Shown piece by piece: positions 1 to 11,658 of a stretch of DNA of 64,000 nt (positions are counted from its first letter, which is position 1; every line of letters starts with the position of its first letter). Position numbers and translations under genes: made by a program. Below the pieces are notes generated by a model that saw only the letters and a list, made by a program, of their open reading frames with translations, did not search any database and was not told where the DNA came from. Source of the DNA: an uncultured Acidobacteriota bacterium (lineage in GTDB: Bacteria > Acidobacteriota > UBA6911). The DNA is taken from NCBI GenBank assembly GCA_963843575.1, contig CAWJKZ010000010.1:512001-576000 (forward strand), read 5' to 3'.

Positions 1-131
1 CCGCACAGCGAGTAGGTGTAGATCCCGCCCGCGTCGTTGTCCACGTTGCTCGTGATGAGACCGGGGCCGATGACCGCAAACAACAGGGCCGCCCGGAACC
101 TGAAGGACCGGAATGCGTCTCGGACGGGCAT
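1..131 (-). CDS. Nramp-family divalent metal transporter (NrmT-like), N-terminus only; runs off the window edge
   Basis: Manual translation from ATG at 131: MPVRDAFRSFRFRAALLFAVIGPGLITSNVDNDAGGIYTYSLC. It has the GPG(L/I)I..DNDAGGI.TYS motif of Nramp-related Mg/Mn transporters and starts 3 nt after the stop of the MgtE-N/CBS gene. Confidence 0.8.
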   Translation of the reverse strand, partial: MPVRDAFRSFRFRAALLFAVIGPGLITSNVDNDAGGIYTYSLC

Positions 132-134
132 CGG

Positions 135-1358
135 TCAGAACCTCTGAGCGAGGCGGCTGAGCAGGTCCTCGATGGTGATCAGGCCGGCGAGATAGCCGAA
201 CTGGTCGGTCACGGCGAGACCCCGCAGGTGGTATTTCTCGAATCGTTCGACGACCTCGCTGAGCGGTGCGGTCGGCATCACGGACCGCGCGTCGCGGCGC
301 ATCGCAGCCGTGACATTCGCCTCGGGCGGTTTGCGGAGCATGCGGACCAGGGGGACCATGCCAACGAGCCGGTTGGACGAGTCCGTCAGCGGGATTTCAT
401 CCATCTCGCCGAGTAGGTCCGGGTCGGCACCCCGCAGGGCAACCATCGTTTCGGCGATCGTCCAGGATGGGTCGGCCTTGAAGAATTCGGTGGTCATGAG
501 ACCGCCGGCGGTGTCGTCGTCGAAGCTGAGCAGTTCGCGGACTTCTTCGGCTTCCTCCTTTTCCATGGCCTGCAACAGGGCCTCCGAACGCTCCTCGGAG
601 AGGTCGCCGAGGATGTCCGCGGCTTCGTCGGGCTGCATCTCCTCCAGAAGATCCGCGGCGTGGTCGACCTGCATGTCCTCGACGACCGTGGCCTGGACCG
701 AGGGTTCGACTTCCGAGAGCGCCTGGGCCGCCGTCTCGGTATCCATGATCGACACCAGTTCCTTGCGCTGCATGCGGCCGAGGTCTTCCAGGATGTCGGC
801 GACGTCCGCGGGATGCATGCGGGCCAGTTGCTGGTGCACCTTCAGCCGGATCTGCGCGAACTCCGGCTCGACCAGCCCCACGAAATCCCAGGATATGCCG
901 CGTTCCGACAACCCGCCCGCGAGGTGGCGCACCAGCCGGGGGGAGAGGATCCCGGCCATGAGGCGGCGAACGGCCCCGGCGAGACCCACCTCGACGCGCC
1001 GCACGAAGAGGCCCGCAGAAGTGAATTCCAGCAGGACATCGTTGACCCGCACCACCTTGCGCCCGCTCGTGTCGATGATCTGACGATCGAGCACGTCGCG
1101 CGCCAGCAGGATCAGCTCCGCCGGGACCTCGGCGTCGGGGAGCGGCTTGCAGCCGCCGGACAACTCCACCTTGCGCGTCTCCGGGGAGAAGGCCTCGACG
1201 GCGCTCCATGGGTAGACCTGCGAGCCGCGTCCACGGCGCACGTGGAGGTAGCGGATGAGGCCCGTCATCGGATCGATCTGGAAATCGTGCAGTTTTCCGA
1301 CCGCGCAATTGTCGGCATCCAGGACTGCGAGACCCAGAACTTCGGACAGGTGCACCAT
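135..1358 (-). CDS. Soluble MgtE intracellular N-domain / CBS-pair protein with N-terminal PRC-barrel-like repeats and no transmembrane domain
   Basis: LARMHPADVADILEDL, EMQPDEAADIL and DTAGGLMTTEF motifs of MgtE-N; CBS pair ending GLITIEDLL; DVLDRQIIDTSGRKVVRVNDV PRC-like motif. Confidence 0.85.
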   Translation of the reverse strand: MVHLSEVLGLAVLDADNCAVGKLHDFQIDPMTGLIRYLHVRRGRGSQVYPWSAVEAFSPETRKVELSGGCKPLPDAEVPAELILLARDVLDRQIIDTSGRKVVRVNDVLLEFTSAGLFVRRVEVGLAGAVRRLMAGILSPRLVRHLAGGLSERGISWDFVGLVEPEFAQIRLKVHQQLARMHPADVADILEDLGRMQRKELVSIMDTETAAQALSEVEPSVQATVVEDMQVDHAADLLEEMQPDEAADILGDLSEERSEALLQAMEKEEAEEVRELLSFDDDTAGGLMTTEFFKADPSWTIAETMVALRGADPDLLGEMDEIPLTDSSNRLVGMVPLVRMLRKPPEANVTAAMRRDARSVMPTAPLSEVVERFEKYHLRGLAVTDQFGYLAGLITIEDLLSRLAQRF

Positions 1359-1425
1359 GTCGGCGTCCCTCGGACAGGATGTCAGAGTACAACTATTCCC
1401 GCGCCGTTGCGAGTGTGGGCCGCCC

Positions 1426-1524
1426 GGAGTGCGGTGAAAGCAGACGCGGATCTCCGCGGATCACCCTCCGGGCCTGCCGTCCGACGCGTCCGCAGGATCC
1501 GTTTCGTTCAGCGCCCCGCACTCC
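1426..1524. repeat. Degenerate GGAGTGCGG...CCGCACTCC inverted-repeat element containing a GACGCGGATCTCCGCGGAT motif
   Basis: ggagtgcgg 1426-1434 and ccgcactcc 1516-1524, with an internal imperfect stem. Confidence 0.55.
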
Positions 1525-1575
1525 TTGTTGATGGGAAGCAAGCGGTTTTCTCGCCGAGTAATATAGAATAAATCC

Positions 1576-3084
1576 ATGTCCAGACAACCGGTACGAGTAC
1601 GAGTGGCGCCGTCGCCCACGGGCGATCCGCACCTGGGAACCGCCTACCAGGCCTTGTTCAACTACGCGTTCGCCCGCAGCAACGGCGGGCAGTTCATCCT
1701 CCGGATCGAAGACACCGACCAGGCCCGCTCGACCCGGCAATCGGAGGAGGCCATTCTCGGCTCGCTGCGGTGGCTCGGGTTGACGTGGGACGAGGGACCG
1801 GACGTGGGCGGGCCGCACGCGCCCTACCGCCAGAGCGAGCGGACCGAGATCTACCGGCGCCATGTCCGGGAACTGCTCGACGCCGGTCACGCCTACAGGT
1901 GCTTCTGCACCCGCGAGCGCCTCGACCGTATGCGCGCGGAAAACCGCGACAAAAAGGCGTTCCCGGGCTATGACCGCTTCTGCCGCTCCGTCGACCGCGC
2001 CGAGTCGGCGCGCAAGGCCGAGGCGGCCGAGCCTTTCGTCGTGCGGATGAAGGTGCCCGAGACCGGCGTGTGCGTCCTGAACGACCTGTTGCGCGGCGAG
2101 ATCCGCAAGGAGTGGGAACTCATCGACGACCAGGTGTTGCTGAAATCCGACGGATTCCCGACCTACCATCTGGCCAACGTCGTCGACGACCACCTGATGG
2201 GCATCTCGCACGTGATCCGCGGCGAGGAGTGGATCAACTCCGTCCCCAAGCACCTCCTGCTGTATCGTTACTTCGACTGGGAACCGCCGGTCTTCTGCCA
2301 CCTGCCGCTGCTGCGCAACAACGACGCCAACCGGTCCAAGCTGTCGAAGCGCAAGAACCCGACTTCCATTAACTACTATCGCCGCGCCGGGTTTCTCCCT
2401 GAGGCGCTGGTGAATTTCCTGGGCCTGATGGGGTGGCCGAGGGCCGAAGGCGACGAGAAGTTCACGCTCGACGAGTTCGCCGCCGGTTTCCGACTCGAAA
2501 ACGTGTCGCTCGGCGGACCGGTGTTCGACATCCAGAAACTCCGCTGGCTTAACGGCCGGTACGTGCGCGAAAACTACGACACGCCACGTCTCCGCAAGGC
2601 GCTCGAGGACTGGGCCCTCAACGCCGCGATGATCGACCGGATCATCCCGCTGGTGCAGCCACGCCTGGAGACGCTCTCGGACTGGGGGTATCTGACCGCG
2701 TTCTTTTTCGCAGACGCCGTGCCGCTCGACCCGTCGAAGATCACCCTCAAGGAAAAACCGGCCGAGGAGATGGCGGCCATCATGCAGCTGATCCTCTGGC
2801 GGCTCGACCAGCAGCAGGACTTCAGCGGCGAAGCCATCGAAGCAGTCTTCCGCGAGGCCGCGGAGAGGCTCGACGTCAAACTGCGCGACCTGACGCGGCC
2901 GTTCTACATTGCAGTGGCGGGTGCGGAGGCCGCACCCCCGCTCTTTCAGTCTATGGAACTGCTCGGGCCCGACCTGGTACGAATCCGGCTGAGGCGTGCG
3001 CTCGAGGCGCTGGGGGGCATTTCGGGCAAGAAGCAGAAGGCCCTGGAATCGAGGTACGAGGCTCTCTTCGGCCCGCGTGACTGA
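1576..3084 (+). CDS. gltX: Glutamate--tRNA ligase
   Basis: RVAPSPTGDPHLG (HIGH-like), LRIEDTDQAR, VIRGEEW and KLSKR (KMSKS-like) motifs. Confidence 0.97.
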   Translation: MSRQPVRVRVAPSPTGDPHLGTAYQALFNYAFARSNGGQFILRIEDTDQARSTRQSEEAILGSLRWLGLTWDEGPDVGGPHAPYRQSERTEIYRRHVRELLDAGHAYRCFCTRERLDRMRAENRDKKAFPGYDRFCRSVDRAESARKAEAAEPFVVRMKVPETGVCVLNDLLRGEIRKEWELIDDQVLLKSDGFPTYHLANVVDDHLMGISHVIRGEEWINSVPKHLLLYRYFDWEPPVFCHLPLLRNNDANRSKLSKRKNPTSINYYRRAGFLPEALVNFLGLMGWPRAEGDEKFTLDEFAAGFRLENVSLGGPVFDIQKLRWLNGRYVRENYDTPRLRKALEDWALNAAMIDRIIPLVQPRLETLSDWGYLTAFFFADAVPLDPSKITLKEKPAEEMAAIMQLILWRLDQQQDFSGEAIEAVFREAAERLDVKLRDLTRPFYIAVAGAEAAPPLFQSMELLGPDLVRIRLRRALEALGGISGKKQKALESRYEALFGPRD

Positions 3085-3085
3085 T

Positions 3086-3140
3086 CTGGAGTGCGGCGGC
3101 TCGACGCCGCTTTGGGGCGGCGCCTGGGCGCCGCACTTCA
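3086..3140. repeat. REP-like palindromic doublet (family A) between convergent gltX and glnS
   Basis: ctggagtgcggcggctcgacgccgcttt...gcggcgcctgggcgccgcacttca. Confidence 0.8.
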
Positions 3141-3145
3141 CCAAC

Positions 3146-4873
<1,728 letters not shown>

Positions 4874-4942
4874 ATCCGGCCGGTGTCCTTGATGGGAGGA
4901 GTTCCGTCGGGAGCGTTCTCGAGCCCCATTCGCCAAGTTTGA

Positions 4943-4954
4943 AATCATAGCACA
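4943..4954 (-). promoter_or_regulatory. Putative extended -10 promoter for glnS
   Basis: Minus strand reads tgTGcTATGATt about 70 nt upstream of the glnS start. Confidence 0.45.
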
Positions 4955-5048
4955 GACCGCCCGCAATCTTGCGGACGCTTGCGAGGAACCCTGTGGAGGT
5001 GTTAGGTTTCTGCTTTCGGGGAGAGCTCATTCAGATCGAGGGGGCCCA

Positions 5049-5795
5049 ATGACGAAGCTGGGAGTCAACGTCGACCACATCGCCACCATCCGACAGGCAC
5101 GGCATGCCGTGGAACCTGATCCGGTTGCGGCCGCCCTGCTGGCGGAACTGGCGGGTGCGGACGGGATCACGGTTCACCTGCGCGGCGACCGGCGGCACAT
5201 CTCCGACTCCGACGTGCGCCGGCTGCGCGAGTCGGTCACGACGAGGTTGAACCTGGAAATGGCCACGACACCCGAAATCATTCGGGCGGCGCTCGAGCTC
5301 CGGCCCGACCAGGCCACGCTCGTCGCCGAACGGGAAGGGGAAGTCACGACCGAGGGCGGGCTGGACGCGCTCCGCAACCTGGGGGCGGTTCGGGCAGCCA
5401 CGGAGGCCCTTCAGGGCGCGGGAATTCAGGTGAGCCTGTTCATCGACCCCGAGCCCGCCCAGCTCGACGCCGCCGTCAGCCTCGGGGCACGCCTGGTCGA
5501 GCTAAATACGCGTGCCTATTCGGAAACCTGCCCGAGAAGCCCGGAGGTGGGGGGAGCGGCGCTGGAGCGTGAGTACCGGAAGGTGCTCGAAGCCGCGCGT
5601 CGCGGTGCTGCGTGCGGGCTCAAGGTGCTGGCCGGCCACGGTCTGACCTACCGCAACGTGCGCCTGATCTCGGACATACCCGAAATCGCGGAGCTGAACA
5701 TCGGCCACAACATTGTCGCACGTGCCGCCCTGGTCGGGATGGAGCGGGCGGTGCGGGAGATGCTCCTCGCCATGGGGAGCGCGCCGGGCCGCTGA
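5049..5795 (+). CDS. pdxJ: Pyridoxine 5'-phosphate synthase
   Basis: LGVNVDHIATIRQAR, ITVHLRGDRRHI, TTEGGLD, AGHGL and ELNIGHNIVARA motifs. Confidence 0.96.
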   Translation: MTKLGVNVDHIATIRQARHAVEPDPVAAALLAELAGADGITVHLRGDRRHISDSDVRRLRESVTTRLNLEMATTPEIIRAALELRPDQATLVAEREGEVTTEGGLDALRNLGAVRAATEALQGAGIQVSLFIDPEPAQLDAAVSLGARLVELNTRAYSETCPRSPEVGGAALEREYRKVLEAARRGAACGLKVLAGHGLTYRNVRLISDIPEIAELNIGHNIVARAALVGMERAVREMLLAMGSAPGR

Positions 5796-5829
5796 AGCCG
5801 CCCCGGCGAATGCGGGCAGGAGCAGGCCA

Positions 5830-6715
5830 TTGTCGGAGAACCAGCAGGGGGAGGGGCAAAAGGGGAAGCTCTTTGTCGTCGGGACCCCCATAGGCAACCT
5901 GGAGGACCTTTCGCTGCGCGCCCTGCGCGTGCTGCGCGAAGTGGACCTGATCGCGTGCGAGGACACGCGCCACACCGCCCGCCTGCTGTCGCACTACGGC
6001 ATCGAAACGCCCCGGTTGAGCTATCACGAGCACAACGAAGCGTCGCGCGCGGCACAACTGGTGGCCGCGCTGAGCGCGGGCCGAAGCGTCGCGCTGGTCA
6101 GCGACGCGGGCATGCCGCTGGTTTCCGATCCCGGCTACGCGCTGGTCGCCGCCTGCCGGGACGCCGGCATCGAGGTCGTCGCGGTCCCCGGCCCTTCGGC
6201 CGCGACCGCCGCGCTCGCGGGGTCGGGCCTGCCCTGCGACACGTTTTTTCTTCGCCGGCTTCCTCCCCTCACGCGGCTCGCCGCGGCGCGCCAGGCTCCA
6301 GGAACTCGCCTCCATTCCCGCAACGCTCGTCTTCTACGAAGCACCCCACCGGATCGTCGCCGCCCTCTCGGACATGCTCGAGCTCCTCGGCCCGCGCCGT
6401 GCCTGTCTCGCGCGCGAGCTCACCAAGATCCACGAAGAATGGATCCGGGGGACGCTCGCCGAAATCCTCGGCACACTCGAGTCCCGCCCGGAAGTACGCG
6501 GCGAGATCACCCTCGTCGTGGACCGCGGGACCCCCCCGCCGCCGCGGGAGGACTACCCGGAGCTGCTAAGCGAGCACGTGAGCCGGGAAATGTCGCGCGC
6601 CGGCGGCGTGTCCCCCAACGAGGCCCTGAAAACCGCGGCACGCCAGCGCGGCATCTCCCGCAAGGAAGCCTACCGCCTCCTCGTGGAAGAGAAGAAGAAC
6701 CGCCCAGCCGGCTGA
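5830..6715 (+). CDS. rsmI: 16S rRNA (cytidine1402-2'-O)-methyltransferase; split by a +1 insertion in a T run at about 6244-6249 (probable sequencing error)
   Basis: LFVVGTPIGNLEDLS, IACEDTRHT, LVSDAGMPLVSDPG and VPGPSA in one frame; removing one T restores TFFFAGFLP, then YEAPHR and ARELTKIHEE...RGEITLV in the next frame. Confidence 0.9.
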
Positions 6716-6717
6716 CG

Positions 6718-7251
6718 CTACGGCGTGATCCCTTTCCCGTCGATTTCGCCGGGCAGCAGACCGGCTTTCCGGGCATTGTTGTAGGCGTCGATCCGGTCTT
6801 CGCGCAGCCGCTTCAGCTTGAGCTCAAGCTCGGCGATGTCTTCCCGGATCTTCTCTTCGTTCGGAAGGGCCGCTCCCCTTTGTACGATCCGGCCGACGCG
6901 CGGCGGCGCCCAGCGCTCCGCGTCGGCCTTCAGCCGCAACGCCCGCAGGCGGTCCTCCGCCTGCCGGATCTGGCGGTCCAGCTTCTGGATCACGCCTCGC
7001 ACTCGCGTGTCGGGCTTCGCCCCGCGGACATCGAGGCTTCGTGCCCGCACCGCTCCCGGCACAGGCGAAGACACCGTCACGTTGCCGCCGGGAGCCAATT
7101 CCCGCCCGTTCGTCCCGTCGATGACCTTCGCCGCCACCCCCTGCTCCTCGAGCGCCCTCCGGCGTTCGGCCTCCTTGCGCGCCAGATCGCCCAGGGATTG
7201 CGGGACGAGCAACGCACCCAGGACCAGCACAACGACACCATGGCATGTCAT
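6718..7251 (-). CDS. Hypothetical exported coiled-coil protein (QSLGDLARKE type)
   Basis: Hydrophobic N-terminus then QSLGDLARKEAERRR, a helical coiled-coil body and an ARKAGLLPG end; it fills the gap between rsmI and gatA. Confidence 0.65.
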   Translation of the reverse strand: MTCHGVVVLVLGALLVPQSLGDLARKEAERRRALEEQGVAAKVIDGTNGRELAPGGNVTVSSPVPGAVRARSLDVRGAKPDTRVRGVIQKLDRQIRQAEDRLRALRLKADAERWAPPRVGRIVQRGAALPNEEKIREDIAELELKLKRLREDRIDAYNNARKAGLLPGEIDGKGITP

Positions 7252-7298
7252 GCCCTGTCTAATGGGAAAACCTGGATTTGAGCGAAGAAAATCCCGTC

Positions 7299-7452
7299 AA
7301 GCGGGTCCGGGCTTCAGAGGCTGCCCAACGATTGATTCTGGAGTGCGGCGGCCTCGGCGCCGCCGCAGGCCGAGGTCGCAAGCATGGCGCCAAGGCGCCG
7401 GGCATTCCGGCTGCGGGCATCGGTGAAAGCGGCGCCGAGCCGCCGCACTCCA
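7299..7452. repeat. Composite repeat: family B half site, GGCTGCCCAACGATTGA module and family A REPIN-like doublet
   Basis: aagcgggtccgggcttcag-aggctgcccaacgattga-ttctggagtgcggcggcctcggcgccgc...aaagcggcgccgagccgccgcactcca. Confidence 0.8.
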
Positions 7453-7472
7453 TATTGACTGAGGCGCCGGAT

Positions 7473-8945
7473 TCACGCCTTTATCGGCGGGGACGACACG
7501 GGAAAGGCTTGCGAATAGGCCTTCCCGAGGCGGAGGAGGGTGGTTTCGTCGAAAGGTTTCCCGGTAATCTGCAGGCCTACGGGCAACCCTCCCGGCGTGA
7601 AACCGCACGGCACGGAAAGCGCCGGGATGCCGGCCAGGTTGGCCGTAACCGTGTAGATGTCCGAGAGGTACATCGCGATCGGGTCGTTGACCTTTTCGCC
7701 GATCCTGAACGGCGGGGTCGGGCTCACGGGCGTCAGAAGTGCGTCGACCGTGCGGAATACCGCGTCGTAGTCCTGCCGGATCAGGGTGCGCACCTTCATC
7801 GCGCGCCCGTAGTACGCCTCGTAGTAGCCGGAGGACAACGCGTAGGTGCCGACCATGATCCGGCGTTTGACCTCGGGCCCGAAGCCGCGGCTGCGGCTCA
7901 GCTTGTACATTTCGGCGAGATCCTGCGGGTGGGGCACGCGGTAGCCGTAGCGGACGCCGTCGTAGCGCGCCAGGTTCGAGCTGGCCTCCGCCGGAGCAAT
8001 GATGTAGTAATCGGCGATGGCGTACTCGGTGTGGGGGAGCGAGACCTCCACCATCTCGCAGCCGAGTTGTTCGGCGTCTTGCAGCGCGCGGCCGATGATG
8101 GCGTTCACTTCCGGGTCCAGTCCCGGCCCGAAGAACTCCCTTGGGACTCCCAGCCGAAGGCCGCGCACAGGGGCGTCCAGCTGGTCGAGGTAGGAGGGGA
8201 CGGGGACAGAGGCGGAGGTGGCGTCCATGGGATCGTGCCCGGCGATGACCGACAGCAGCAGGGCCGCGTCGCGGGCACTGTGAGCCACCGGTCCGATGTT
8301 GTCGAGCGACGACGCGAACGCCACCAGGCCGAAGCGGGAGATCCGGCCATACGTCGGCTTCAGGCCGAAGACGTTGCAGAACGAGGCGGGCTGGCGCACC
8401 GAACCACCGGTCTCCGATCCCAGGGCGAGGGCCGCCATCCCCGCCGCGACCGCCACGGCGCTGCCGCCGCTGGATCCCCCTGCCACGCGCTCCAGGTCGT
8501 AGGGGTTGCGCGTGACCTGAAACGCCGAGTTTTCGGTGGACGAACCCATCGCGAACTCGTCGCAGTTGGTTTTCCCCACCAGGACCGCCCCGGCCGCCTC
8601 GAGCCTTTCGACCGCCGTGGCGCTGTAGGGCGGGACGTAGTGCTCCAGGATGCGGGAGCCGCACGTGGTGCGCACGTCCCGCGTGCAGATGTTGTCCTTG
8701 ACCGCGACCGGCACACCGGCCAGCGGGAGGTTGTTCCCCTCCGCCACGAGACGGTCGACCCGGTCGGCCCGCTCCTTCACGTCGGCCGGGTCCACCAGGA
8801 GGAACGCCTGCAGTTTCGGCTCGGCGGCCTCGATGCGGCGCAGGACCGCGGCGGCCACCTCCTGCGCCGAAGTGCGGCGCGCCAAGACGGAATCGCGTAC
8901 GTCTACGGCGTTGCTCAGGTCCACTGATCGGCTCCCCGGCCGCAT
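7473..8945 (-). CDS. gatA: Asp/Glu-tRNA amidotransferase subunit A
   Basis: Amidase signature GKTNCDEFAMGSSTENS, GGSSGGSA and GSETGGSVRQPA; SSNLARYDGVRYG; EVKRRIMVGTYALSSGYY. Confidence 0.97.
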   Translation of the reverse strand: MRPGSRSVDLSNAVDVRDSVLARRTSAQEVAAAVLRRIEAAEPKLQAFLLVDPADVKERADRVDRLVAEGNNLPLAGVPVAVKDNICTRDVRTTCGSRILEHYVPPYSATAVERLEAAGAVLVGKTNCDEFAMGSSTENSAFQVTRNPYDLERVAGGSSGGSAVAVAAGMAALALGSETGGSVRQPASFCNVFGLKPTYGRISRFGLVAFASSLDNIGPVAHSARDAALLLSVIAGHDPMDATSASVPVPSYLDQLDAPVRGLRLGVPREFFGPGLDPEVNAIIGRALQDAEQLGCEMVEVSLPHTEYAIADYYIIAPAEASSNLARYDGVRYGYRVPHPQDLAEMYKLSRSRGFGPEVKRRIMVGTYALSSGYYEAYYGRAMKVRTLIRQDYDAVFRTVDALLTPVSPTPPFRIGEKVNDPIAMYLSDIYTVTANLAGIPALSVPCGFTPGGLPVGLQITGKPFDETTLLRLGKAYSQAFPVSSPPIKA

Positions 8946-8959
8946 GGGCCGTCTGCAGT

Positions 8960-9257
8960 TTAGAGCACCTTGGGCACCCGGAAGTGATCGCTGCCAGGGT
9001 CCGGTGCATTGGCCAGGGCCTCTTCAACCGGCAGCGAGGGCCGGGCGCGGTCCGTCGCGGGAGACACAGGGCTCGGCGCCCTCCGCCGGCGAGACGTGGC
9101 TGGTCGGCGCGACCCCGCGGACATCCGCTCCCTTCAGCTTCTCGACGTAGTCCAGAATCCGCTGGAACTGGATCGTGAACTCGTCGAGTTCCACGTCGGT
9201 GAAATGGAGCTTCGCCAGATCGGCGATCTTCAGTACTTCCTCGCGGCTTATAGGCAC
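8960..9257 (-). CDS. gatC: Asp/Glu-tRNA amidotransferase subunit C; one +1 insertion near 9052
   Basis: MPISREEVLKIADLAKL...ILDYVEKL...PTSH. The conserved tail RPSLPVEEALANAPDPGSDHFRVPKVL* is in the next frame (TAA at 8960-8962). Span is 298 nt, i.e. 3n+1. Confidence 0.9.
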
Positions 9258-9272
9258 TGCAAGCCTCCTCGC

Positions 9273-10253
9273 TCAGCAGACCCGGACCCGTTCCGAGAGC
9301 ATCTCCGGTGCAAGCCTCTCCGCCCATGCGAAAAACCGGCGGGCGCGCGCGACGTCCTTGCGGATCTGGGCAACGAGGGCTGCGGTGCCGTCGAAGCGGT
9401 GCTCGTCGCGCAGCCGCACGAGGAATTCCAAGCTGACACCCCGGTCATAAATATCCCCCTGGAAGTCCAGCACGTGCGTCTCGATCGTCCTCGGCACGTC
9501 CTTCCCGCCCGTCACGGTCGGGCGCACGCCGATGTTTGTGACGGCGCGGTGGCGCCTCCCCTCGACGGCCAGCAGCGTGATGTAGACACCGGACCTGGGG
9601 ATGAGATCGTTGGCGGTCGCCAGGTTGGCGGTGGGAACACGCATCCCGGCCCCCGTGGACGTTCCGTGCGCGATTTTACCGCGGAGGGAGAAGGGCCGTC
9701 CGAGCAGCCGGCGCGCCAGCCCGGCCTGGCCAGCCACCAGCGCCTGCCTTACGGCCGTGCTCGACACGCGGCTGGTGCGGAACTGCACCTGGTGGATCTT
9801 CCCTACCGCAAACCCCTTCTCCTGCCCGATCTCCTTCAGTAGGTTGAAGCTCCCCTCCCGGCGATGTCCAAACCCGAAATTGGGGCCGACATAAATCTCC
9901 GCCAGACCCAGCTGCCGCCACAGGATTTCGACCGCAAAGTCGCGCGCGCTCATCTGGGCCAGCTCGAGCGTGAACGGGATGACCACAACCAGCCGGATCC
10001 CCAGGCATTCCAGCACGGCAAGCTTCTGGTCGAGAGTCTGGATCTGGCGCGGGGCGTTGTTCGGCGCCAAGACCTGCAGCGGATGCGGATGAAACGTCAC
10101 CACCGACGGGGTCCCGCCCACCTCCTCCGCGCGGCGCACCAGCTCGCGCATCAAATGGACATGACCCAGGTGGACACCGTCGAAGTTGCCGACGGTAGCG
10201 ACGGGACGCGGGTAAGCGTGCGGGAGGTCCTCCGGTCGCTCGAAGACTTTCAT
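9273..10253 (-). CDS. ribF: Bifunctional riboflavin kinase / FAD synthetase
   Basis: GNFDGVHLGH, TFHPHP, VSSTAVR, PTANL, NIGVRPT and IETHVLDF motifs. Confidence 0.96.
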   Translation of the reverse strand: MKVFERPEDLPHAYPRPVATVGNFDGVHLGHVHLMRELVRRAEEVGGTPSVVTFHPHPLQVLAPNNAPRQIQTLDQKLAVLECLGIRLVVVIPFTLELAQMSARDFAVEILWRQLGLAEIYVGPNFGFGHRREGSFNLLKEIGQEKGFAVGKIHQVQFRTSRVSSTAVRQALVAGQAGLARRLLGRPFSLRGKIAHGTSTGAGMRVPTANLATANDLIPRSGVYITLLAVEGRRHRAVTNIGVRPTVTGGKDVPRTIETHVLDFQGDIYDRGVSLEFLVRLRDEHRFDGTAALVAQIRKDVARARRFFAWAERLAPEMLSERVRVC

Positions 10254-10262
10254 GACCCTTTC

Positions 10263-10682
10263 TTAGATCTTGATGCGACTGGTCTTGGCCATGAATTTCA
10301 TGCGCAGCTCGTAGAGCACGCTGTCGAGCAGCTGCTCCTCATCCTTGCTCAGGTTCCCTTTGGTTTTCTCCTGGAGCATGGTCAGGATGTCGACGGTGTG
10401 ACGCGCCCCCTCGGTGTCTTCTTCCTTCTGGTTCGTGTACGGGTTGGGCACTTCGCCCAGCAGTACCAAACCTTGTGTGTAGTACGACAGGATGTAGGAA
10501 GGGAAATCGATGTTGGCGTAAGTGCCCGGCGGGGGCTCCGGCTGCGGCGTGCCGGCCTGGGCGGTGCGAGTCTCCTCCTTCGGAGCGGGAGGCTCGGGTT
10601 CCGCAGACCGCAACTCGCCGTCTTCGCGGAACAGCCGCTTGTCACTCACCGTGAACGAGGGTTCTTCCTGCTCTTCCTTCAT
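10263..10682 (-). CDS. DUF1844 domain-containing protein
   Basis: FTVSDKR N-terminus; ARHTVDILTMLQEKTKGNLSKDEEQLLDSVLYELRMKF. Confidence 0.85.
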   Translation of the reverse strand: MKEEQEEPSFTVSDKRLFREDGELRSAEPEPPAPKEETRTAQAGTPQPEPPPGTYANIDFPSYILSYYTQGLVLLGEVPNPYTNQKEEDTEGARHTVDILTMLQEKTKGNLSKDEEQLLDSVLYELRMKFMAKTSRIKI

Positions 10683-10718
10683 GCCGCCTCCTCTTACCAA
10701 ATCCATCGAAGGGGGGAA

Positions 10719-10747
10719 ATGCTATCACCCGCCCCCGTGGGGCTCAA
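10719..10747 (-). promoter_or_regulatory. Putative sigma70 promoter for the DUF1844-ribF-gatC-gatA operon
   Basis: Minus strand TTGAGC-N17-TAGCAT. Confidence 0.5.
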
Positions 10748-10840
10748 GTCCTGATCCAGGGCCCTCCGGGGCGGGCGCGAGTTCGTTTTGTATGTTAATC
10801 TTTGCTGCTCGAATACTCAACGTGCGTATGTGAGGGCAAA

Positions 10841-11644
10841 GTGGCAAATCGGGCCGACCTGCAGAAGCTCGTGGACTTGGTGGCACGACTGAGGGGCGAC
10901 AACGGCTGCCCCTGGGACCGGGAACAGACGCGCGAGTCGCTCAAGCCGATGCTGATCGAGGAGGCGTACGAGGTGCTGGATGCCCTCGACGGCGCCAGTC
11001 CCGCCGAACTGAAAGATGAGCTCGGCGATCTCCTGTTCCAGGTGGTGTTCCACGCGCAGATCGCCAGTGAAAAGGGGGAGTTTCAAATGGCGGACATCAT
11101 CGATCGTGTCCACGAAAAGATGATCCGCCGGCACCCTCACGTCTTCGGAGGCGCGGACCTGCGCACCGCCGAGGATGTGCTGAAGAACTGGGAAGACATC
11201 AAGGCCGCCGAAAAGGGAGTGCGCTCCGCCTCGCAACCCGACACCGACAAATCGCTGCTCGACGGCATCCCCTCGAAACTGCCGGCCCTGCACGAAGCCT
11301 ACCAGATCACCGCGAAAGCCTCCCGGGTCGGTTTCGACTGGGCCCGGCTCGAAGACGTCCTGGCCAAGCTCCGTGAGGAGATGGACGAGATCCTCGAAGC
11401 CCGCGCCCGCGGCACGGAAGACCGCATCGCGGACGAAGTGGGCGACCTGCTTTTCGTGGCCGTCAACGTGGCGCGTTTTCTCGGGGTGGATCCCGAAACC
11501 GCCTTGCGGCGCAGCAACAGGAAGTTCGGCCGCCGCTTCCGCCACGTCGAATCGTCCATCAAGGCCCGGGGCCGCGGACTGAAGGATGCCACCCTCGCCG
11601 AAATGGACGCGCTATGGGACGAGGCCAAACAGAAAGGCATGTGA
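10841..11644 (+). CDS. mazG: Nucleoside triphosphate pyrophosphohydrolase MazG
   Basis: GCPWDREQT, IEEAYEVLDA, ELGDLLFQVVFH, KMIRRHPHVF, GFDW and EVGDLLF; GTG start at 10841 after gaggg. Confidence 0.95.
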   Translation: MANRADLQKLVDLVARLRGDNGCPWDREQTRESLKPMLIEEAYEVLDALDGASPAELKDELGDLLFQVVFHAQIASEKGEFQMADIIDRVHEKMIRRHPHVFGGADLRTAEDVLKNWEDIKAAEKGVRSASQPDTDKSLLDGIPSKLPALHEAYQITAKASRVGFDWARLEDVLAKLREEMDEILEARARGTEDRIADEVGDLLFVAVNVARFLGVDPETALRRSNRKFGRRFRHVESSIKARGRGLKDATLAEMDALWDEAKQKGM

Positions 11645-11658
11645 CCAACGGCCAACCC

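Noticed and set aside
1359-1575. M-box (ykoK) riboswitch upstream of the MgtE-N gene
   Set aside because: No match to the M-box conserved core on the minus strand; the stems are explained by repeat families A and C.
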